Positions 13,558-26,546 of a stretch of 64,000 nt of DNA are shown piece after piece (the first letter of the stretch is position 1; each line of letters starts with the position of its first letter). Origin of the DNA: Balanoglossus misakiensis (Eukaryota > Animalia > Hemichordata); NCBI GenBank assembly GCA_040954595.2, contig CM082588.2, positions 9,780,844 through 9,844,843 of the forward strand. Direction: 5' to 3'. The notes under the pieces were generated by a model, which made no database searches, was not told where the DNA came from, and was given only the letters and a program-made list of their open reading frames with translations. The position numbers were made by a program, and so were the translations under genes.

Positions 13558-15194
13558 ATCACTTCCAGGTCCGCTACAAGCGTTCTAGGTAACTTTAAAT
13601 CAGTAACAGTAATGTCAAATGTTAAACCTGGTGGACTATTACCATGAAATTTCGACCTGCTTTTAGTGACGGTGTGACCACACTGTTCACTCCAGCGCCA
13701 TGACCTATGACCCCTGTAACATAACAGACATAGTAGTCAAAGTCCAGTATGTGTTTAAAATGATACCCTGGTCACACACAGTGACAAATATCAGCCTTTG
13801 ACTATTGTGTCAAATTATCTAATCTGTGCATTGTTAATAACCCACTGTGAAGTTTAGTCCAGGTAATTCATTTTCAGTGTGGAAACATACTATGCTTTGA
13901 ATACATGTTGCATATGGAGTGTTGAAGGTTATAGTTGGATGTAGTTTTCCAAGCAATTAGGACATTTTTATATATCGCTATATACTATTTCATTGGTTGA
14001 TAAACATCATGATTCTTCACGTCACGATGGAAACTGAAAAAAAAATATTGCTTTATATTCACCAAAAACTATTTTTTTCACCATTGCTATGAAAAATAAA
14101 GCACAAAAAACGTAACACTTAACATCTTACAGTAAAGGGCATTGCCTGTCGATGTGATACACTTTATCATATAACTTCAAAACTGGTAGCTAGGGCAGTG
14201 TTTGCACAGAGGAGTCCCTTAAATGCCTTCGCTCATTCACACCTCTTCAGTGATAATGCCTGGATTATATTGACATGAAGCTGATTTTAACACCCAAACA
14301 CTGAAAATATTGTAGCAATCAATAATATAACCTACACACGGTGTAAAAGTCATCGTGTTTTAAAGTTATGTTGATGCCTGATGTGCATTGTGACTCACGG
14401 GGCATGCAAGGGTAAAGCTTGTCCAAAGTTGACAAAGCAAAATACCAGACTAAGTGCCTGTTTTAATATGTGCCTCTTTCCAAGGACCTTGGTGACGAGG
14501 CATAAATTTGGGAATGTTCACGGGACCCATTTTTTCACTGGACCCGCACATGTAATTATATAACCATGAAATTGAACTGTTCCCGGGAGCTACCGAGTGT
14601 TGCCTTGTTTCACCCGTAGGTTACTAGCTAGGGTTTTTACACTGCCGGCAGTAGTTCCAAAAACTAGCTACACTGCGTAGTGATTGGTTGACTATATATG
14701 AATATGCATGAGGTCTGGTTTATAAGGTTCTACACAGATGTAGTGCCCATGCCTTCTCACGGCGGAGCGTGACAGAGAGCATATTCCGTGTACCTCGCTC
14801 GTCATCAAGTTTTCTAGGTGGAATTCAGAATGGCAACTCCAACCACAAAAGCAACAGTTGTAACAGCACTGCAAACACCAGTTCTCAATACTTTGGCTGT
14901 GAGTAGAATGTCTACAACCAGGACTGCGACTGCCACTACCACCAATGCTACTGTCGCTCTTACCAGTACCTGAACAGCCTCAACGGGTACCAGCCAAGTG
15001 CAACCAGTCGATGCGGCAAGTTTCACCTTGCAGATCGAATATTATTTGGTGCATTTTGCTGTGTTGTCTTTCCACAGCCAGCTTGTATTCTGATATTCTG
15101 CGTTCAAGACCGAAGATATAATCGGGAACTGGGACTGGAGTCATTTCGAATGAGAATGTGATGTATTTGGGTCTGACGAAAGAGAAGTGATTAT

Positions 15195-15416
15195 TGAGTC
15201 GTCCCCATGAAGAGTTATAAATATGGTTGTGGGTATGACGAATTGACAGTTGTTAATGGCGAAGAAACTGAGTATTGAGTCGTCCCCATGGAAAGTTATG
15301 AAATACGGTTTTGGGTTGACGAATTTACCGTTGTTAATGGAGAAGAAACTTGAGTCGTCCCCATGAAAAAACTGAGACTGTAATGAATGGTAATGAAGGT
15401 AATGAGTCGTCCCCAA
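15195..15416. repeat. Four degenerate repeats containing gagtcgtcccca
   Basis: The motif recurs at ~15196, 15277, 15352 and 15405. Confidence 0.7.
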
Positions 15417-15593
15417 GTGTTTTTCTTTTCGTATTTGGGTTTGACGAGTCTGGAATCGGTGTACTCGTTACATAATGTGAAAAGGTAGTCGGATTGGTCA
15501 TGGCAGGTTGTAACATTTGGGTTGACGAATTATCGAGCGCTAGTTGGAATGAATATGACTGCTGCAGAGGAAAATATTGCAGGCTGACTGTGA

Positions 15594-16220
15594 ATGGGTG
15601 TGGCCAGAAGTAATTGTCATGTAAATTACACGCTAAACGTGCGGCGTACCCCAGGTGCTAAGGTTTATGCTTTGATTGGTGCATTGCAGGGACCCGCACA
15701 TACTCGAAGACAGGAGATGTCAAGTGGCCCTCGACTGGAATCCTACGACAGGTTCGAAAGATATCTGACAGAGTTGCGGTTGTATGCTGAACGGGACGAA
15801 GCGGCTTTTAGTCCAGAAGAAGCTTTGGCTCGCCTGGAAATGCTCGTGGACATATCGATGGATATAGGACATAAGGACTATCATAAATACGTAGCCATGT
15901 TACGGGCTCTGCGTAAAGAGAGGCAATCACCCGCTATGCCTCAGATGTTGCTTTCCCTACTTGGATCAGGTGAACATGCAGAGATCTTAGAGAAAATTGC
16001 AAAAGTGAAGAAAGCCGTTAGTAATACCCATTTAAATGCTGATCGCAGAGAGAATAGAGAAAGATCAAGTTTGCGATGTTGGAAGTGTAATAGAATTGGA
16101 CATATAGCTAGGTTTTGTTATGGTAGACGTGATAGGTATGATCGCTACGATAGATTTGATAGATATGATGATGGGAGAAGGGAATATTACCGTTCCCGTT
16201 CAGGTAGAGATACCAAATAG
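15594..16220 (+). CDS. Gag-like CCHC zinc-knuckle protein (true start uncertain, possibly spliced)
   Basis: Helical region, CWKCNRIGHIARFC and an RD/RY-rich tail. Possible acceptor gcattgcag at ~15689 and an internal ATG at 15717. Confidence 0.7.
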   Translation: MGVARSNCHVNYTLNVRRTPGAKVYALIGALQGPAHTRRQEMSSGPRLESYDRFERYLTELRLYAERDEAAFSPEEALARLEMLVDISMDIGHKDYHKYVAMLRALRKERQSPAMPQMLLSLLGSGEHAEILEKIAKVKKAVSNTHLNADRRENRERSSLRCWKCNRIGHIARFCYGRRDRYDRYDRFDRYDDGRREYYRSRSGRDTK

Positions 16221-17300
16221 GTTATTGCTATTAGTACAGGTTTACGGTGATTTGCCTGCCTGATGTATGGCTACATATGATATAAAGCGGACACCTTGGC
16301 TGGAATTCTATAGTGTCTATTGTATTGTAACACAGAATTGATAATGATGATTAAAGGAAAATAAGAACGTAATGTAAAATGTTCTGTTGCTGTATGAATG
16401 GTTTGCACATGTGGGGAAATGGGGGCGTGCCTGGGGGAGGTGTACTGTAGTCTAATTACAGTCCCTTCTGTCTCAACTAGGCGGGGGTTTCTAACCCTAT
16501 GCCCGGTTTATTATGTTCCCCCCCCCCAAAAAAAAAAACCAACAAAAACAAAACAAAAACAAAAACAAAAACCAATTGATTGTCGTTTTGATTACGAAAG
16601 ATATTGAATTGAGGGTTTTTTTACCTTTTCAGCTCTGTGTGGTATTTGTGGATGTGCGTGATGAGTATTGGAGAGGGGTATGTTTTTGGGGTACGGTCGA
16701 GAGACCAAGAGAGGAGGCAAGGGACCCTCGACCACTAAATCAAACTAAATCAAACTAAACAACACTACGCAGTGTAGATGGGGAACTAGCTACACTGCGT
16801 AGTGATTGGTTTACTATATATGAATATGCATGAGGTCTGGTATATAAGGTTCTACCCAGATGTAGTGCCCATGCCTTCTCACGGCGGAGCATGACAGAGA
16901 GCACCCACCCACCCACCCTAAAATCGCCGACGCCTTAGGCAAGTGTTTATGTACAAGGCAGCAGTTTTAAGGATGACGAGAGAGGTACCACAAATGGCCA
17001 TCGGTCACTCCTTAAGATACAGCAAGGGACCCTCGACCACTCCACAACTAAATCAAACTAAACAACACTACTCAGTGTAGATATGGAACTGTGTACTTTT
17101 ATGAATAATCAATTAGCATCAATTTATTTGTGGTAGTAAAACATAATGGCTTGCAGCTCCCACAAAAAATACCATTACAAGTAAGATGATGCGCCAATGA
17201 ACTAATTATTGATCCTCAGTTTCTGTGTGCCACCGATGATGTCACTATTAATTCTGTGCTAGTTTGCACTCAGACTTCTTTTTCAAGGCTGATATTTCAT

Positions 17301-19383
17301 TTTTAGGGGACCAAGCGCCTGAGGGCGCTTGGTCCCCTTCTGTTATTGCTGGAGTTTTTCTTCTTTCTTCTTGAGTCGTTTTTTTGCTCCCGTTTTGCTA
17401 AAAAATCCCTGGGTCTACGCCTATGAAACTTGGCACGGTGGTTGGGGCCCATGAGTACTAGTGCACCTGCCCTTTGAATTTGTAATTAGTCACGTGACTT
17501 GGTGGCTATAATCGAGCGAAATTTTCAAATTGACCTAATTTGCACGTTAATGGGGGCATGTACATTCGTTTCGCGATTTTCGTAGACCATGTGGCCAAAA
17601 TCCCCTGTGCCAAATTTTAAGGTCCTAGGCCACGTCGATTTTGAGAAGAAGATTTTTGTAATATTTTTCGCATTTTTTGGTGGGCTGAGGACAAACACTG
17701 GGGCATCGGACTTTGACCGTCATTACGTAATGTTGTGGAGATCTCATTAGCAGGAGGGTTGCAGTAGTCCTTGGAAAATCGGCTGAAATACGTAAACAGA
17801 CCAGTGATTATTTTCCACAGAATGAATTTTGGGAAAATTATCGGAGTTCAGGCTGTGTAAGGGCGATTTATTGAATTACGCTGAGTTTGTTAGCTGTTGC
17901 CGTTTAAATGTGTCTCTGCAGCCCCGGCTACACTGGTTAACATTCAATGTAATGCGGCAGCGGACTTTGACCCTCAGTCGCTAATGTTGTGGGAGGTTTC
18001 ATTAGCATTTAGGTAGTCACATGTAGTGGATAGTAGTTCGGGAAATTGGCCGAAATACATAAGCAGACCAGTGATTTTCTTGCACAAAGGGAGTATGGTA
18101 CCAGCAATAATCAGAGATCAGGCTTCGTTGCCGTTCAAATGTTCCTACTTCAGTCGTGACGTTGCAACTGAACGTTCAGTATGGGGTTCGGCCCGCAGGT
18201 GGCCGTGGGGGTTATCATGTCGCCCGTAATGGCACGCAGCTTCATGCAGCTCTATGGGACCAAAATAATACGCCCGATTCGGGGGTCACCTGTGACACCT
18301 GCGTAACTCTATTACGTGCATGCGTAATTGTGGGGTCAATGAAAGGGATGCTAGCATGGTATTTGTTGCACATGGATCAATATGAAGTCCGATTTTCCTG
18401 TCAAGTTGTGGGCGACCTTATGTGACATTTCACCTACTTTTGCTTAGTGAATAACAGCAGATGCATGCAGCTTTGGCGTGGTGGGGGGGGGGGATATACG
18501 GATGGGACCATAATGATATACCAAAGGCGGGGTCACCCGTTGCACCTGCCGAAGTCATTGATTTTGTACATTTAATTGAACACTAACCAACAGGGCGATA
18601 TGTGTGGTTTTTGTTCCACACGGACGAATGTAAGTGTCAGTTGGTTTTTGCCCAAATGTATAAGGTGATTTGGATGACCTCTGTCGTACAGTGCCATATC
18701 TCAGCACGTTGTACAGCTGCAGCTTTGGTATTTGGAGGGATGAAACTATCATGAAATGCCAAATACATGGGGATACCTGTGACACCTGCTTGATTCATGT
18801 ATTCCGTGCATACCTAATGGTAGGCAAAGTGAAAGGGCTGCAAATGTAGGATTTGTTGCACATGACATAAACAGGAATGAAATTTTTTTGTCAAATATTT
18901 GGTTGACCTCAGGTGTCCATTGACCTGCTTTCCATATGTTAGCATGCAAATCATATATAGCCAGGTGTTTGGAGGGGTAGGGTAGGACCTCTGCGTCATG
19001 AAATGCTAAATTCCTGGGGCCACCTGTAACTTACTTGCGTAACTCATTTTATGGTCATACCTAATTTGACCAACTCAAAGGGCGAGGATTTTCCGTTGTC
19101 TTGAATATGAACCAAATAAGAATCCAAATTTTTGGTCCAATTTTTGGGTACCCTCAGCTGACCTTTGAAGTACTTACTGAAGTACTTACAACGTAGAAGT
19201 TCACCTTTGGTTGTTGTTTTTGTACTTGTACGACATGCATTTCAGGTGGTTGCCTACTCCCCATATCTCAACATCGAGAGCAAATACAGCCTATGCATTT
19301 GAATGGTACAACCCTGAATGGAGTCTAATGGTTATTAACTCTATGCTTGGGCCCCTTCAATGCTGCTTGCAGCTTTAATTTTT
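17301..19383. mobile_element. Non-autonomous Helentron-like element (HINE/DINE-1 type)
   Basis: T-tract followed by a 15-bp-stem hairpin aggggaccaagcgcc-tgag-ggcgcttggtcccct (17305-17338). The other end has subTIR gcttgggcccct plus gctgcttgcagc and a T-tract. No TSD. Confidence 0.75.
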
Positions 19384-19988
19384 ATTATCTTTTAAGTGTA
19401 TGTTTAGAAAAAACAAAAAAGAACAGTTCTTCTACTGAACGCAGTCGCCTACTGCTTGTTGATATGTGTACTGGCCCTGCAGTGCAACAACGGCATATGC
19501 TGCTGAAGAGGCAGATGTTTGACCAAATGTACCAGTGCAGTACTGAGATTGTAGAGCTGTTCAAATACGAATTCAAAGTTTTGATTCCAATTGTTACATA
19601 CACCCCCTAGACCAGTATCCAATCACTTTTATTAAAAATGATACTCACACTTCATTGGCAACTCGAACACTACAACAACGCCATGTTTTATAGCACTGGA
19701 GGACTGACAATAGAAACAACCACAAATCCGGGTCAAGTTGGCAAAGGTCAAGGTAAACGAGAGTCCCAGACGAGTGGTGGCGCTAGACCCGTATGCGGTC
19801 ACTTGGACCAGTTCTCCTGTCAGTTGCACAAACACAGTTAGAATGCATATTCTCGTAAAGTATTTGGATCCTTATAAGTAGAAATACTTTTTTTTCATGA
19901 AGGAAATAAGTTTTTAAAGGGAAGAGAGAAATTTCATGGGCCCAGGACAGCCAAGAAATTATAACAAATAGCTCTGTTAATCACTTAA

Positions 19989-21826
19989 AGAGCATATCTT
20001 GGCTCGAAACACACCTTTGAGGATAAATAATAATTGGGCTTGTGTGTTAAATACTGTTGTTCTTTTATTTATTTCATATGGACAAATAAATGTTAAATTT
20101 AAAAATGTTCAGGGCCTGAGAAAAAAACTTCTGTTTGGGCCACGCCCATACCCGTGACGTCACAAGAGGAACCCATTTACGTTTGCAACAGACTTAGCAC
20201 TGTACATTGCAGTGGTTGAAATGCAATCATACATGTCTGTGATCTAAACAGCTTTGCTGTGTCAGCCTGGGTACAACTCTGTATCCCCCGTCCCCTTCAA
20301 AATAAACGTACATGTATACCTTATCATCTAGGGGAGATGCGATTATGAAAAAAAACTACTCGGCCCGGCTAGGCTACGGCTACACATTGCAAGCAGTACA
20401 CAACATGCAATGGCAGCGGATGTGTATAGGCGCCCTACACATACAATGATTGCTGCCTCGATTAAACCGTGGAATATTGCCCAGAGGTTTAGGTCTAGAG
20501 TGCTGGGTCTAAATCTACTTATCTTGGACAATGTCAACTTATTGATAACTGATCGTGGTCTTTTGGCGATTTTCGATCACTGCCTCAACAGACAAAATAC
20601 GCTCGTGTTATTACAAGGGAACTCCATCAGCGCCGATGCGTGTACACGCAGTCAGCAGCGATGACACATATCGCGCCGCGATGTATATGTACCATGCCAG
20701 CACTAAAATTCTGTCTTCTGAATTACATGTAAGCTATATGCCTTTTTGGTGATGACAAACAGAAACATTTATGACTTGTCGCTGTAATCATGAAAGTTCC
20801 TTCACATGCTTCATACTGCATTATAACAAAATGAAACCATACAACCAACAGCAACAGGCGATCGTGCCGGGGCGACCCACTCACGCTCACAAAGCATGAA
20901 ACATTTTCATTGATACACACGAATATCCAAGTTTGGAAACGGTTTTCACTCACACGAAGCAAAATTTATTCAACACACTTTGTTTCAAAATTTGTACAGT
21001 GTGTTTTGGAGCCGATGAGTCGGACATAGTGCGACGTAAAACTTGTAAACAAAGAAATTAGAAAAGAAAGATGGCGACCATTCAGCCGAAGCCATACAAA
21101 GGTATGACTGAAAGAAATGTGAAATAGTAACAGTAATATTTTGAACTTTCAAGTTTTTACATTGATTGCTGTCAACCTTAATTATCGAAGTTTGCGGTCC
21201 CTGGGTACCGGGTAGCCAGACAAAAGAGTGAATAATTATAAGCAATCTCGACATGATGTCGGCCAGCGCAAAATTGTGTTTACGCATCCTGCCAGTTCAC
21301 CTACAACTGTGTAATCGCGGTCGCTGGAACACTGAATGAACACCAATATCGGGTATAAACGATCAGTTGTGCTCTGAATTGAATATTGATCACTGGTCAA
21401 CCTCTCCTACTGACAGGCTTCTATTTTCCTGTAAGGGTGCTGATTGTCTTCTTGTGATTCGAACCTGGCCGATTATCATTCAACGGTCATGCATTGACAG
21501 TTACCGCCACGGCCGTCACCGGCACCGCGCCGACTTCATATACACCGTACGATGTTGATGATCGTGGCATAGACTTTCATTCATTTTTGTGGAACTCACA
21601 CGGGTGACTCCCGTCTAGGTAATGTGTTGCTGCAACCACGGCAAACAACTCCCTTTCCCATTGTGGTATTACAGAGAAAAGCACGAAAACAACGCATCAC
21701 ACCTGTGAGCATCGCTAAAGCTGATCTACCTGAGGGGAACCTCCTGTGACGTCACGTCACGTGACCAAAATGCAGCAAATCTGAACTCGGACTTCTGATA
21801 TGATTTAAAAAGGCAATATATGCTCT
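19989..21826. mobile_element. Kolobok-like non-autonomous DNA transposon
   Basis: ttaa|agagcatat ... atatgctct|ttga (TTAA TSD with one mismatch). Inverted subterminal gtgacgtcac..agg motifs at ~20154 and ~21738. Confidence 0.6.
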
Positions 21827-21999
21827 TTGAAGGGACAGTAATGCCTAACCAGACCAACCTAAGTTGACCCCTCACCCCATTTTCCCCTTTGAAATCAAAT
21901 CCCTAAAGATTGGTAACACCTTCAATATCATGTAAATTTTTGAAATTTTCTCATTTTCCCCACGTTTTTGGTGTAAAAAATGACAAAAAAGTTTTTGCT

Positions 22000-24140
22000 T
22001 AGCCTAAATACATGATACATGCATCTACCAGTCGCAGCCCCCAGCACTTTTCTCGAACTGTAGCCATAACATGCATTCATCATCACCAAAGGGCACATGG
22101 CACACTTTACAACAGTCACGTTATTTGTTGTCATGGAAGTCAAGACGGCGCCTCTTCCTTGTGTTTGTTGCTGATGGCATACGTGCAGTTGCCCACTTCA
22201 TCACCTCTTTTTCTTTCTTCTTCCTTTCTCTCTCTCTCTCTCTCTCCTTTTTATTCTCTCTCGAGTCTTTTCTTAGCTACGGTTTCTTCTCGCTGCTTCT
22301 TTTGCTTGCTTTTTTGCCGCAACCGGTCTTGCCTTTCTTTGATTTGACAAAGATGTTTTAGATGTTCTTCCTGGTAGACCTTTTTGGCACTCGGATCATT
22401 TAAGAAGTTTGGAAGATGCTGAAGAACACTTTTTGCTCCAGGCTTTTTCTTTCTCTTCCCAATTTCCGGATAAGAGAGCACTTAATCTAGGACTGGAGAT
22501 ACTTTATTACATGGTGGTGTTGTGCCTGTAATTTTCCTGTAACTTGAGGTGACTGGTGTACTTGTACAGTCAGATGATGGGGCTGCTTTGCTTGCAACTG
22601 ATTGGTTTGATGTGACACTGGTGTTGCTTGTGGCAGAGGAATCTATTGCTGTGTTGGACTCTGCAGACACACCTTTGTCGTTATCAGATGAGTGTGAAGA
22701 CGTAGCAGCTCCACTTTCAATACTATGGGCTTGATTCGGAATGATGGACTGCCAGGCAAGTCATAGCCCTCTTCAATTCGTTTTCGGTACTTTTCCTTCT
22801 CAGGTGTAGTCATTACCTCTTCAACCATTTCCAAGAGACTGTTGATGGTGTACTGTTGATGGTGTTCTTCACTGCTGCCCGTGTCTCCATCTGGCTTTCC
22901 TCAACATCTTTATCGGCCGTGCAATCTTGAAAAGTAGTTGAAGGGAGCAGCATATCACTTGGAATGTTTGAGCTATTGATTGGATATATTCCTGATCTCA
23001 GAAAACTGTTGGTTATATTCATCACGTTGCACCACGTTGCCATGCAGATCTGAACACCCTGGCAAAAGTCTTTTGGGTGACCTCTTCGCCAGGACTTTCC
23101 GCCATGAATTCCCTGACTGTGGTGACCCATGCAGCTTTCAAGGGACCAAAGAGAGGGACATCACACAGTTGCAGGAAATGTGATGCGTTCGGCAAAAGTC
23201 GGTATAGCAAGATGTTGTGCTCTTTTGCAAGCTTGAATATTTCGAAATCCAAATGAGAGATGTGGCTGTCAAAATATAGCACTACAGGTCTTATTGCCGT
23301 TAAGTTTGGAATAAATTGGTTTGCAAGCCATGCATAACACGTCTCAGTTTCCATCCAGCCAGTTTCTGTGAAATAGCAGCTGGCTCCTTCAATTCCTCCC
23401 GACAATGGATTCCATGATCGTGGAACGGTCTTCAATGGGAACAAGTGGTAAGGTGGAATTGACCCACCAACAGCGTTGATACAGGCCAAGACAGTTATTT
23501 GAGTCTTGCTGTTTGCTGTTATTTGGGGAAGGGCACCACTTCTGTTTCTTGCTGGTCCAAGCACTTTCCCAGTCTTTACTTGCATACAGAAACCAGATTC
23601 ATTCCAATTCCAGATCTGAGCTGGCTTGTTGAGCAAATCATGATCCGAAATAAACTTCTCATACTCTCCAAAACACTCAGCCACCTCCCTCTGGGTCACC
23701 TTGGCACGTTTCAAATCCAGGTTTCTGGTACTTACAAGTTTCATCAATGGATTCCTCTTCAGGAAGGACCTGTACCATCGATCACCGGGAAAATTTGGAG
23801 GTTCTTTATTTTTCAAAATGGTGTCTCTTTTGTCCTTGTCCAGAATAGCTTTCACAGTCTGGAATAATCTATTTTTACTGACACCAAATCCTCCTTGACC
23901 CATACTGATGATCCATTCTGCTAGTTTCTTTACCTCTGCCGTTGTAAGTATTTGTGGTGGCCCTTTACGTCTATCAATGTAAACTTTTCCAGTGACTCTG
24001 TCACTCAGTATTGACCGCTTTACTCCCCACTTTGCAGCTGCTTTTCTCAGTGACATGTTGTACTCAACAATATCTGTCACAGCTCCCGCAAACACCTTTT
24101 CTCTTTTCATGACTTCACTAAACAAACAAAAACCATACAT
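22000..24140 (-). pseudogene. pogo/Tigger-like transposase (HTH_psq, CENP-B HTH, DDE_1, C-terminal PHD finger), inactivated
   Basis: MSLRKAAAKWGV, WNWNESG (first catalytic D mutated), FDSHISH and LPNASHFLQLCDV. Frameshifted tail; the PHD remnant CCKVC..WLQ..C.W*MHVSC lies at ~22010-22120. Confidence 0.85.
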
Positions 24141-24207
24141 GAAAAATTACATTTCTGCTAATAAATAACTTCACATTACTCTACACTATATTTTCATAAT
24201 TACTTGA

Positions 24208-25496
24208 TTTTTAGGTCCCATTGGTATAGGCCTATTTACCATGGGACCTTATGGGATGGGTTGCGTCTGTATGTATGTATGGATGGATGGATGTATGTAT
24301 GGATGTATGGATGTATGTCTGTATGTCCGTCCACATCAAAAACTTGAAAACCGCTACGCGTATCACCTCAATATTTGGTGTGTAGGTGCAGGCAGGGCTG
24401 TAGATGGGAGTTTGTCCAAACGAAGTTGCCAGGCCCAAAAATATGCAAATTAGCCTGTAAAATGTGAAATTGATCAAAACTCTGTAAGTCAATAATTACT
24501 GGTCAGATTTCTTTGAAAATTGGTATGCATGTACCTTATGTCAACCTCACACCGACCTGTAAGTGTTCAGGTGATATCATGGATGTTTTATTTTTTATGA
24601 ATTTTTTAGTCTTTTTATTAAATTTATACCTTTACTTATACCTCTATGGTTAAGCTATGTCCACGTCTTACTGTGGAATTCTGGTCTGTGCAATAGTCCT
24701 GTACAGTGACTGTCTATTGGTCAGTGAGCACAATGGGGCCAAAATAAAAGGCAAATTTTTGGGCTCACCTGTAACACCTGCTTAACACATTAATTATGTG
24801 CATACCTAATTCCGGGCTAACTAATAGGGCTAGAGGTTTCGTTCTTGTGGGACATGGACCAGTATGAGGTCAAAATTTCTTGCCCAAATTTTGGGTGACC
24901 TCAGGTGACCTTTGACCTACTTTCCTATATCTTGGCATCCAGAGCAGGTACAGACTTGGCGTTTGGAGGGTTGGGACTAAAATTGAAAAGCCAAAATTGG
25001 GGGCCACCTGTGACACCTGCATATCTCATTAATTATGTGCATACCTAATTCCAGGCTAACCAATAAGGCTATAGGTTTGGTTTTTATTGAACATGGACCA
25101 GTATAAGGTCAAAATTTCTTGCCCAAATTTTGCATGACCTCAGGTGACCTTTGACCTACTTTATCATATCTTGGCATCCAGAGCAGGTACAGACTTTGGG
25201 TTTGGAGGGTTGGGACTAAAATTGAAAAGCAACAATTGGGGGTCACCTGTGACACCTGCGTATCTCATTAATTATGTGCATACCTAATTCCAGGCTAACC
25301 AATAGAGCTATAGGTTTGGTTTTTGTTGAACATGGACCAGTATAGGGTCCAAATTTCTTGCCCAAATTTTGCATGACCTCAGGTGACCTTTGACCTACTT
25401 TTCCATATCTTGGCATCCAGAGCAGATATGCTTATTGCTATGTTGCTATGTGCTATGTCCTCAAATGGGACCACAGTGTCCTTGACGCTATTTTTT
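24208..25496. mobile_element. HINE/DINE-1-like element with a (GTAT/GGAT)n microsatellite and about three copies of a ~240-bp internal repeat
   Basis: ttttaggtcccattggta...taccatgggacct palindrome, then the microsatellite. Ends atgggaccacagtgtccttgacgctatttttt. Confidence 0.75.
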
Positions 25497-26546
25497 AAAA
25501 TATTCAGATTGTTTACTTGTACCTGTTGAAATTATAACATTTTGATGGTTTAAAGCCCCAGTATTTCTCGTGTGTATCCATTTTTCATCATCGAAAAAGC
25601 CCGTTTTTCCTGTACATTCATCATGGAATACTACATAATGAAGATGTAAGAAAGGTTTGGGCAGTTGTAGCTACATGCAAGCCGAAAATATTGCCCGTAA
25701 CACTTGAAATGATGCGCGGGTTTGTTTACATTGGAAACGGTGTACATGTGACCGAGAATGCTTATAGCGATGACGCATCAATCTCGCGAGATGATTGGGA
25801 TTACGCGTGATCAATACAATACGGACATCGCAGGGCTCTGGTCACTTTCTTACGGTCGATCAGCAAACATGCCATTTCGACATTTGATGTCAGACCATTT
25901 TGGATTTGATCTGGTTCCATCGACTGATTTCATCCTATATATTTATCTTCCCGGAATTTCGCCAAATTAGGGAAGATGTCATTTTCAAGTAGGCAGTACC
26001 GCACGCGGTTCCCCCGACCTCGCATTCGCATAGTATACCTCCTCTCATGTTATATGACGTGAATATTCATGAGCAACTCATTACCGGGGTCGTTCACACC
26101 TTGAACTAGTGCCATTATATTTTCTAAAGAGCCCTGTAGTTCAACAGTAACCCTGCGGTAGCAAATGGCCAGAACGGCTCCAATAATTGAGAGTGAAAAA
26201 ATCACGAGAATATGGTCTTATTTTTCCCCTTTTGCGCGACCAAGTAAGAGATCATGTTAGTTATTTATAGAAGCAGGCAATCGCGCACTCAAGTGTCCCA
26301 TACTGACCACAGAAGGTCATGCCCTCGCTAAAAGCAGAGATGTAGAAAATAGTCGGAAGCCAGAAAAATAGCCGGCTGTATAGCAAAAAATTTCCGCCTG
26401 TAAACAGAGGAAAATCGCTGGCCTGTTTTTTTTTTTATGTAAAATCTTTTCATTTTCGCCGGCTTGGGTGAACGCGTACAAGAGAATCAATTTTCACAGT
26501 GTATGACCTTACGACCTGTAAACGATTGCCTGCAAACGATACTGAT

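Larger units (their letters stand above)
8359..13719 (-). mobile_element. Full-length L1/Tx1-clade LINE
   Basis: Poly(A) tail seen as a T-run at ~8358-8372. 12-bp TSD cataacagacat at 8347-8358 and 13720-13731. Contains ORF1 and ORF2. Confidence 0.93.
14662..17090 (+). mobile_element. Non-autonomous split-direct-repeat (Ngaro/PAT-type tyrosine-recombinase retrotransposon-like) element, Gag only
   Basis: A1 14662-14781 matches A2 16784-16903 (120 bp). B1 16717-16787 matches B2 17022-17090. Order is A1..B1-A2..B2, with a shared aact core at both ends and at the B1/A2 junction. Confidence 0.75.

Noticed and set aside
25830-26136. cagggctct...agagccctg inverted pair as a hAT MITE
   Set aside because: Only 9 bp, and the flanking 8-mers do not form a TSD.
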